Part shown: positions 57,653-64,000 of the stretch, one piece after another
Layout: every line of letters begins with the position of its first letter
Position numbering within the stretch: the first letter of the stretch is position 1
NCBI RefSeq assembly: GCF_022763345.1
Contig: NZ_JALEGS010000021.1
Coordinates: 35,083 to 99,082, forward strand
Source of the DNA: Phaeodactylibacter sp.
GTDB lineage: Bacteria; Bacteroidota; Bacteroidia; Chitinophagales; Saprospiraceae
DNA length: 64,000 nucleotides
Direction of reading: 5' to 3'
Program-made: the position numbers and the translations under genes
The notes under the pieces: generated by a model
Database searches by the model: none
What the model was told of the DNA's origin: nothing
What the model saw: the letters and a program-made list of their open reading frames with translations, nothing else

Positions 57653-58534
57653 TTAGTGAGCCGCAGGATGTTGTCTTGTGATTTGCTGAAAGATTTCTTC
57701 AGTGCTGATGTTGCCAATCAGATCGGTATCCTCTTCGATTTCGGCAGTTTGTTCGGCCTCTTTGACCCGCAGTTTCGGATTGACAAAGGCGTAGTCCATT
57801 TCATCGTATTCGTAGATCGACCAGCGGCCCCACTTGTATTCCAGAGCAGTCAGGCTTTCCACCCAGTCGCCGGAGTTGAGGTAAGTAACCTGATGGCCGT
57901 GTGCTTCCTGTGACCGCATTTGTGCCCGGTGGATGTGCCCGCAGACCACGTAGTCGTATTTTTGCTCTCCGGCCAGCTGTATGGCCGTATCTTCAAAATC
58001 AGAAACAAATTTGATGGCTTCCTTAACCGATGATTTTACCCGCTTGGCAAAAGACATACGTGGTTTGCCCATGGCCATACGCACTTTATTGATAAAGCGG
58101 TTGAGCATGATAAGCCAGTCGTAGCCCTTGCCGCCGATTTTGGAAATCACGGGCGAGTACTTAATGAAGAGATCGAAGATATCTCCATGAAAGATCCAGT
58201 AGGTTTTGCCGTTGAGCTGAAGCAGGAGCTTGTCGCGCAGATGGATATTGCCGGAGGAGAAGTCAGAATAGCGGCGCAGCGCATCATCATGATTGCCGGT
58301 GATGTAGTAGACCTTGGTGCCTTTGGCTGCCATCTTCAGGATGCGTTGAATCACCTGAATATGCTCTTTAGGAAAGTACCGCTTGCGGAACTGCCACATA
58401 TCAATGAAGTCTCCATTGAGGATAAGCGTGCCGGTCTTGATACTTTTGAGGTAATTGAGCAATTCTTTGGCGTGGCAGCCATAAGTGCCAAGGTGCACAT
58501 CTGAGATTATGACAATATCTAATTCCCGCTTCAT
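57653..58534 (-). CDS. LpxH-like metallophosphoesterase (UDP-2,3-diacylglucosamine diphosphatase family)
   Basis: ISDVHLG, LNGDFID, ITGNHD, FHGDIFD, CGHIH, NSGDW; ATG 58534 preferred. Confidence 0.85.
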   Translation of the reverse strand: MKRELDIVIISDVHLGTYGCHAKELLNYLKSIKTGTLILNGDFIDMWQFRKRYFPKEHIQVIQRILKMAAKGTKVYYITGNHDDALRRYSDFSSGNIHLRDKLLLQLNGKTYWIFHGDIFDLFIKYSPVISKIGGKGYDWLIMLNRFINKVRMAMGKPRMSFAKRVKSSVKEAIKFVSDFEDTAIQLAGEQKYDYVVCGHIHRAQMRSQEAHGHQVTYLNSGDWVESLTALEYKWGRWSIYEYDEMDYAFVNPKLRVKEAEQTAEIEEDTDLIGNISTEEIFQQITRQHPAAH

Positions 58535-58878
58535 ATTTGCCTTTGAATCTGCATGCCAGCGTATGGAAAATCCCAAAAACTGACGTTTATAATGAATTGG
58601 GTGCAAATTCCGGCTTATATGTAAAGTAGGTGTAAAACGGGAATTATATATGTTTTAATCTTTTGCCTGACTGTAGGCGCAAAAAGAGCGTTAGGAGTGG
58701 CTTTGGCCAGGGAGCCGGGGAGGGAAGCATTTCGATTTTACTCCGCTCCCCGGTATCTTTTCAGGCCGCAATCTCTATTAGACTTGATGCGTCGGGGATC
58801 ATTGCAGGGTTAAAACGGCTCTTTCCTTCCCACGCTATGCCTTTTTTCAGTCACTTAGCTCAGGCTAGGCTCTTAAAA

Positions 58879-58898
58879 ACCCCGGTACGTACCGGGGT
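58879..58898 (-). terminator. Perfect 20-bp palindrome, probable terminator of the lipocalin-like gene
   Basis: accccggtacgtaccggggt, followed by a U-tract on the minus strand. Confidence 0.55.
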
Positions 58899-58952
58899 CG
58901 TATGGTTGAAAATAGCTCATTTTTCCCACTACACTGACCCGATGCATCAAGT

Positions 58953-59393
58953 CTATTCAGTAGCGGCTGGCGCAGGGCCTTCCACTTTCTTCAGGATGCG
59001 GGTATACTTGGAACGCCGGGTGGTATCCGCAGCCAGAACAAGCTCTTCGCTGGTGAGTTTGGTAATCTTGTTAGGGATTTCCTGTGAGCCCAGGTTCATG
59101 AATAAGGTTTTGGCATCCGGGCTCATATCCCAGGAACCATTGAGTGTGGCACCGTTTGGCGTCGTAACAAGCATTGAGCCATCCTCCTCAAAAATAAAGG
59201 CATCATTTTGGTACATCATCACGAAGCGTTCCAGAGCAACCTGCTCCTGAGGAGAAGGCTTGGTCTTCTGGAATTCTTCACTCATGCGGGCCGGGTCATA
59301 TTGCCATTTGCCCAGTAACATCTTTTTTTCCTCATCGTTGTTGCTGCAAGCCGCAAGCAAGGCGATCAACGCCACAAAAGCAATCTTTTTCAT
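58953..59393 (-). CDS. Lipoprotein, lipocalin-like domain
   Basis: SPII signal (LLAA-C), LLGKW, F.FEEDG, NGSW, ITKLTSEELVL. Confidence 0.75.
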   Translation of the reverse strand: MKKIAFVALIALLAACSNNDEEKKMLLGKWQYDPARMSEEFQKTKPSPQEQVALERFVMMYQNDAFIFEEDGSMLVTTPNGATLNGSWDMSPDAKTLFMNLGSQEIPNKITKLTSEELVLAADTTRRSKYTRILKKVEGPAPAATE

Positions 59394-59471
59394 GGGATAA
59401 GTGATTGTTAGTTAAACATTAGAGTGGGGTGTCTGCCTGCTTTTTTCCTGCAAAAGGAGGCACGTACGCCG

Positions 59472-59479
59472 CAAAAGTA
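59472..59479 (-). promoter_or_regulatory. Bacteroidota -7 box
   Basis: TACTTTTG on the minus strand, 79 nt upstream of the lipoprotein ATG. Confidence 0.5.
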
Positions 59480-59577
59480 GGGTCTGAAACGGAAACATCC
59501 ATCATTCCCACCTAAATATTTGCCTTAGTAGTGGGGCAAAACCAGTTGGGTATTTTATTTTTCGAGAAGCCCTTTAC

Positions 59578-60447
59578 TTAGGAAACGACTTTTCTGATGT
59601 TCTTGCGGTAAGCCCGTGGGCTGAGGTTGGTGATGTGCTTAAACTGCCGGTTGAAATGCGATAAGTTGTTGAACCCGCTTTCAAAGCTGACTGCTGCAAT
59701 TGTCATGCTGTCATCCCCAAGCAGTCGGCAGGCATGAGCGATGCGGAATTCATTCACAAACTGGCTGAAGGTTTTGCGGGTGAGCTTCTTGAAGTACCGG
59801 CAAAAGGCAGGTACCGTCATATTGGCCAGGCGCGCCGCTTCATCAAGGTTGACCTCATCCTTGAAGTTGTGCTGTACATAGTGGTAGATCGCTTCTATAC
59901 GGTCCTGGTCCTGTGTGTTGACCTCCAGTGCAAAACCGCTGGCGTTCAGCATTTCATAGTCTTTGGCTTCCGCCATTTCCTGTAGAATGTGCAGCAGTGT
60001 AAGCAGGCGGTCAAAACTATCCTGCTTAAGCATAGACTTCAGTTGTTCGCCCACCCGGTCTTTCACCGGGCCACTGAAGGAAAGCCCCTGCCGGGACCGC
60101 TGAAAGAGCTGCTTAATGGCTTGCATTTCAGGCTTTTTCAGGAATTCGACCCCCAGAAAGTCTTCTTTCATCTGCACTACAATCTCGGTATGTGCCTCAA
60201 AGACCTCTTCCGTAAACCCGAAGTGTGGGAGGTTGGGCCCCAGGAAAATCAGGTCCCCGGATTCAAAATAGGAGATATGGTCCCCGATATGCCGTTTGCC
60301 TTTACCCTTGGAGATGTACACAATCTCGTACTCCGGGTGGAAGTGCCAGTTAGGATGATTACAGTCATCGGATTCGTCGAAACTCTTTAAAGTAAAAGAG
60401 CTTCCAAAAACCGGTTCTATTTTTTCAAGTGCAGCTTTCATGCTCAT
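59578..60447 (-). CDS. AraC family transcriptional regulator with N-terminal cupin
   Basis: WHFHPEYEI, LGPNLPH, AFCRYFKK, SGFNNLSHFNRQFK. Confidence 0.93.
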   Translation of the reverse strand: MSMKAALEKIEPVFGSSFTLKSFDESDDCNHPNWHFHPEYEIVYISKGKGKRHIGDHISYFESGDLIFLGPNLPHFGFTEEVFEAHTEIVVQMKEDFLGVEFLKKPEMQAIKQLFQRSRQGLSFSGPVKDRVGEQLKSMLKQDSFDRLLTLLHILQEMAEAKDYEMLNASGFALEVNTQDQDRIEAIYHYVQHNFKDEVNLDEAARLANMTVPAFCRYFKKLTRKTFSQFVNEFRIAHACRLLGDDSMTIAAVSFESGFNNLSHFNRQFKHITNLSPRAYRKNIRKVVS

Positions 60448-60680
60448 GGTTTATCAGCTTGGGGCTTTCCGCAGTATAATTTGGTCGTGTGGCAGGGCTA
60501 TGGGCGGGAACAGCCACATAGCTGAGGGAAAAAATGGTTGGTTGTGCAGAGAACGCTGTTTGTCCTCTGTTTTATATTGCTAATACAGTGAGAAATTAAG
60601 AAAAGTTCAGCCTTTCACAAAAAGTTAATATGGTATTGATATTGGTGAAAATGGCGGAAGAATGGTTGTTGTAACACCAG

Positions 60681-60688
60681 TACCTTTG
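60681..60688 (+). promoter_or_regulatory. Bacteroidota -7 box upstream of the MFS gene
   Basis: TACCTTTG in the divergent AraC/MFS intergenic region. Confidence 0.5.
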
Positions 60689-60816
60689 CACCAGTAAATT
60701 TGAAAGAAGACTATAGTTTCATACACTGTTTTTGAAAGTGGTGGCGATCCCTTGGTTAGGGGGGCGTCACCATTATTTTTTGAATGACTTACCAATTGTC
60801 CATTTTCTAAGTAATT

Positions 60817-61968
60817 TTGTCTATGATCAAAACCCTCAAAACGTTCGCGTTTCATATGCCCAGCCTTTCAGTGGGGCTGACTTTTTTTACACTGAGTATG
60901 CTTTTTGGCAGCTGGCTGGCCCGGTTGCCTGAGGTGCAGGCCCGTTTGATGTTGTCTGAGGGGCAGCTTGGGCTGGCGCTTCTGGGCCTTCCAGTTGGGG
61001 CACTGCTCATGATGCCGCTGGCCGGATGGCTTTCCGCCCGGTTGAGCAGCGGGCAGGCGATGACGCTTTCCACTTTGCTCTTCTGTGGCGTATTTCCGCT
61101 GCCTGCCTTCGCACAGGGGCCCTACAGTTTGTTCGCCGGGCTACTGCTTATCGGCTTCGTGAACAGCTTTATGAATATTTCCATGAATGCGGCAGCGGCA
61201 GCGGTTGAACGCCATTACCACATCGCCATAATGTCGGTTTGCCACGGTATGTTCAGCCTGGGAGCGATGGTCGGGGCTGGGAGTTCCGGCCTCATTGCCT
61301 CTCTTGGGGTTTCTCTTCAGGTACACCTGATCACGGTTGCACTTCTGATGGTAGGCTTGCACCTGCTATTGCGCCCGGTCATCCATTCTCTGCCCAGTGC
61401 ACCCGCGGAGAATAATGGCCTTTCGATACCACCCCGTGCGTTACTGGGGCTTGCTTTCATCGGTTTTTGCATTATGATTGGAGAAGGGGCGATTGCCGAC
61501 TGGAGTGCCATTTTCCTCCGCAAGGAACTGCAGGCGGGCCCGTTTATTGCCGGGCTGGCCTATGCCGGATTTTCTATGGCGATGGCTATTGGCCGCTTTA
61601 TGGGCGATGGTATCCGCTTGCAGCTGGGGCTGGGCAAGGCTGTTACCATGGGCAGCCTGTTAGGAGCTGCCGGGCTTTTGCTGGCTATTTTGGCACCATT
61701 GCCATCGCTGTCAGTACTCGGTTTTACAATCGTGGGGCTTGGTTTCTCCACGGTGGTGCCTCTGCTGTTTAGCGCTGCGGCAAATACGCCCGGCGTGAGT
61801 GCAGGCAACGGTATCGCTGCAGTGGCGAGCTCAGGGGTCATCGGCTTTCTGGTCGCTCCCCCCCTGATCGGGTTGATCAGCGACCACTTTGGGCTGGCGC
61901 TGGGACTGGGTTTTGTGGTGGTCCTGGCTGTTCTGGCCTCTGTAACCGCTCGTGGTATAAAGGCTTAA
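60817..61968 (+). CDS. MFS transporter (YbjJ-like)
   Basis: About 12 TM segments, W.ARLP, MN..AAAVE, HGMFSLG, EGAIADWS, GRFMGD. Confidence 0.9.
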   Translation: MSMIKTLKTFAFHMPSLSVGLTFFTLSMLFGSWLARLPEVQARLMLSEGQLGLALLGLPVGALLMMPLAGWLSARLSSGQAMTLSTLLFCGVFPLPAFAQGPYSLFAGLLLIGFVNSFMNISMNAAAAAVERHYHIAIMSVCHGMFSLGAMVGAGSSGLIASLGVSLQVHLITVALLMVGLHLLLRPVIHSLPSAPAENNGLSIPPRALLGLAFIGFCIMIGEGAIADWSAIFLRKELQAGPFIAGLAYAGFSMAMAIGRFMGDGIRLQLGLGKAVTMGSLLGAAGLLLAILAPLPSLSVLGFTIVGLGFSTVVPLLFSAAANTPGVSAGNGIAAVASSGVIGFLVAPPLIGLISDHFGLALGLGFVVVLAVLASVTARGIKA

Positions 61969-61979
61969 GACTGCCTAAT

Positions 61980-63512
61980 CTATAACGCATTCAGCAGTGA
62001 GGTGTCAGACAGGGCACCCCACTGCAGGTCCGGGTCGTCAGCCAGGTGTGGGTATTGCCGTTTCAGGAACTGCGTGTACAAAGCTTCGCCATCCTGTGCA
62101 TTCCCCTTTTCCTGATCGCCAATACCGAAAAACCGGCGATTGTCCGACAGGTCGCAGAGGTGTACCTTGTCGAGAGACGTCTGGAAGTAGTTGTTCAGGG
62201 CATCCTCCAATGACCCGCGTATAGAGCTGGGAATAATACTTGGCAGCGGCTTGATGATAGCGTTCACCAGTACCCCCACTGCTTTTTTCGGGTAGAATTC
62301 GTCATTGAGGAAGTGGTCAACTTCCCGGAACCAGCCCTTTAGCAATTCTGTGATTTCTTCCCGGTTGAGGTTGATGTATTCCTCACTGGTCAGCAGTACA
62401 TCGGCGATGAGATTGGGGTAGTCGGAAGAGTCAGTCAGGACTTTGATGTCTCCGCAGCCTTCGGCAATGCAGGCTTCTACAAAGGGGCTCCACAGCACCA
62501 GTGCATCAAGGGTGTCGTCCTTTATGAAGCGTTTGGTGAGAAGGTCCAGGTCGGTGTGTTTTTGTGGAATGGCTTCCACTTCTTCTGTTTTTATCCCATG
62601 TTCCTGTAGCACATACTTCAGGAAAGTATGAGAAGGGGAGTCCTGAGGGTATAGGATGCGCTTGCCGCGGAGGTCGGCTACCGTTTCAATACGGCTCCTG
62701 GACAAAATGGCATCGGCACCGTTGGACCAGGAAGCCTGGTAGAAAACCTTGGGCGACCACTCCTTGATCTTATCGGCTACGTAGGGCAGGCGGTCGATCG
62801 TGCACCACATCATATCAATCTGCCCGGCTTTGAAGTCATCGCAAAGCTGATCGAGGTGGTCATTGAGCTCAAAGTGGACCTCGCGCCTGTACTTCTGGAA
62901 AAGTGGCGTATTTTCATTTCGGGCGAAGCCACCGTTGTACATGATGCTGGGTATGAAGCCGATCCAGGTAGGCAGGGCGATTTGTACGGATTTGGCATTA
63001 ATGCGGGCAATATATTCCTCCAGAGACTGAGCAATGCTTTCGTAGACTTTGCCCCGGTCCTTATCGGCTTCCGGCAGCTTGTCGAATACCCTAAGGTTCT
63101 CAATATCGAAATGCTGGTCGTAAATATCGTCCCAGCCATAAAGGTGGTTGAGCAGAATAGGCATAATGAAGCGCTCCTCTTTTCGGTAGGCATCGCTGTC
63201 GCTAAATCTGGCGTAGGTAGTCAGTAAGTCCCGTACTTCCTCGTCTACGATATCGTCGTTGACAAATTCAGGGCTAAAAAGTAGGAGCGTAATATCTGCC
63301 CGCTTGAGCTCATCCTTGAGCTGCCGCTCTACGGAGCCACCTATATCAATGTCAGTGGCAGTCCAGATGTGTACATTCGGGTAGCGGGCATTGATGCTGG
63401 TGAATTGCTTTTCCAGCTCTTCCCAGGCTTCCTGGTCGGCTTTGGCGTAAAGAACGGCAATGTGGATGTTGGTGCTGCGGTCCTGCGTCTCTGGTATCGG
63501 TTGTATGGGCAT
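61980..63512 (-). CDS. TIR domain fused to an NMT1/THI5-like solute-binding (PBP type II) domain; no signal peptide
   Basis: N-term IAVLYAKAD…IWTATDIDIGG…LKRADITLLLFSPEFVNDDIVDEEV…IMPILL; C-term TWIGF…YNGGF…SWSNGADAILSR…ADLRGKRI…SPSH…DALVLWSP…IADVL; ATG 63512 preferred over 63563. Confidence 0.75.
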   Translation of the reverse strand: MPIQPIPETQDRSTNIHIAVLYAKADQEAWEELEKQFTSINARYPNVHIWTATDIDIGGSVERQLKDELKRADITLLLFSPEFVNDDIVDEEVRDLLTTYARFSDSDAYRKEERFIMPILLNHLYGWDDIYDQHFDIENLRVFDKLPEADKDRGKVYESIAQSLEEYIARINAKSVQIALPTWIGFIPSIMYNGGFARNENTPLFQKYRREVHFELNDHLDQLCDDFKAGQIDMMWCTIDRLPYVADKIKEWSPKVFYQASWSNGADAILSRSRIETVADLRGKRILYPQDSPSHTFLKYVLQEHGIKTEEVEAIPQKHTDLDLLTKRFIKDDTLDALVLWSPFVEACIAEGCGDIKVLTDSSDYPNLIADVLLTSEEYINLNREEITELLKGWFREVDHFLNDEFYPKKAVGVLVNAIIKPLPSIIPSSIRGSLEDALNNYFQTSLDKVHLCDLSDNRRFFGIGDQEKGNAQDGEALYTQFLKRQYPHLADDPDLQWGALSDTSLLNAL

Positions 63513-63681
63513 AATTCTTAGTGTGTTGTGCTTTATTCGTAGTCTTAAAACGGCGAAAAGCAACGCTCGTTACGCTTTCAAGGGTTAAATTAAGACTTTT
63601 TTAATTTATCAGCAGATTGCCCTGAACTGTTACTGCCAAAGGATAGTTTTTTGATGCTTTCTCTACTGTCAGGTTGATAGG

Positions 63682-63999
63682 TTACTCTTTATCCCGTTCT
63701 GCCCGCTCGCTCAGGATTTCGACCAGCTTGAATAAAGTCTTTTGAAACTGTAGCACCTCCAGTTCCGTGAGCCGGCTGTCGTTGAAGGATTCGATGATCG
63801 TTTTGGGGATTTCCTCTGCTTCCGCTTTTAGCTGTGCGCCGGTTTCGGTGAGTTGGACCAGTACGCTGCGCTCGTCTTGAGAGGACCGCCTGCGGCTGAT
63901 GAGCCCTTTCTGCTCCAGGCGTTTGAGCAAAGGTGTGAGGGTATTGGATTCCAGGTAAAGACGGCTGCCAATTTGGTTGACGGTTTGCTTCCCGTGCTG
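63682..63999 (-). CDS. MarR family regulator, OhrR-like (5' truncated by window edge)
   Basis: IGSRLYLESNTLTPLLKRLEQKGLISRRRSSQDERSVLVQLT..G. Confidence 0.9.
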   Translation of the reverse strand, partial: QHGKQTVNQIGSRLYLESNTLTPLLKRLEQKGLISRRRSSQDERSVLVQLTETGAQLKAEAEEIPKTIIESFNDSRLTELEVLQFQKTLFKLVEILSERAERDKE

Positions 64000-64000
64000 C

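Noticed and set aside
74-63930. The many alternative-frame and antisense ORFs in the six-frame track
   Set aside because: They overlap well-supported genes, lack recognisable motifs and are expected shadows in GC-rich coding DNA

Overview
A 64-kb segment of a Bacteroidota chromosome. The assignment is inferred from the dcw gene order, several TAnnTTTG -7 promoter boxes, T9SS C-terminal sorting domains and many SPII lipoproteins; a Saprospiraceae-like lineage is only a guess. About two thirds is housekeeping or metabolic: the end of the dcw cluster (mraY-murD-ftsW-murG-murC-ftsQ-ftsA-ftsZ), tkt, a fused 2-oxoacid dehydrogenase E1, rlmF, valS, lysA, SSADH, GH18, an LmbE-type deacetylase, AraC/MFS and MarR. 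Accessory parts: (i) a lipoprotein + OM beta-barrel pair and a lamin-tail-domain T9SS protein (10.4-16.8 kb); (ii) tandem sulfotransferases, a glycosyltransferase operon and a divergently transcribed S1P-lyase homologue (17-23.3 kb); (iii) a repeat-rich mosaic island between tkt and an SDR (28.6-35.1 kb) holding a MITE, an antitoxin-like gene with a truncated PIN toxin, a caspase-like/double FGE(CLec) protein with a recent internal duplication, Uma2, and a Fic gene bounded by integron-cassette-like GTTAGGC/GCCTAAC sites and a 19-bp direct repeat. Other notable items: a Flavo-1-like ncRNA, a catalytically degenerate UmuD homologue, and a signal-peptide-less TIR + NMT1/THI5-like solute-binding-domain fusion (62.0-63.5 kb), the best candidate here for an undescribed ligand-gated signalling or immune protein. 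No rRNA, tRNA, CRISPR array, integrase, transposase or reverse transcriptase was recognised. All family calls come from motif recognition by eye, not from database searches.
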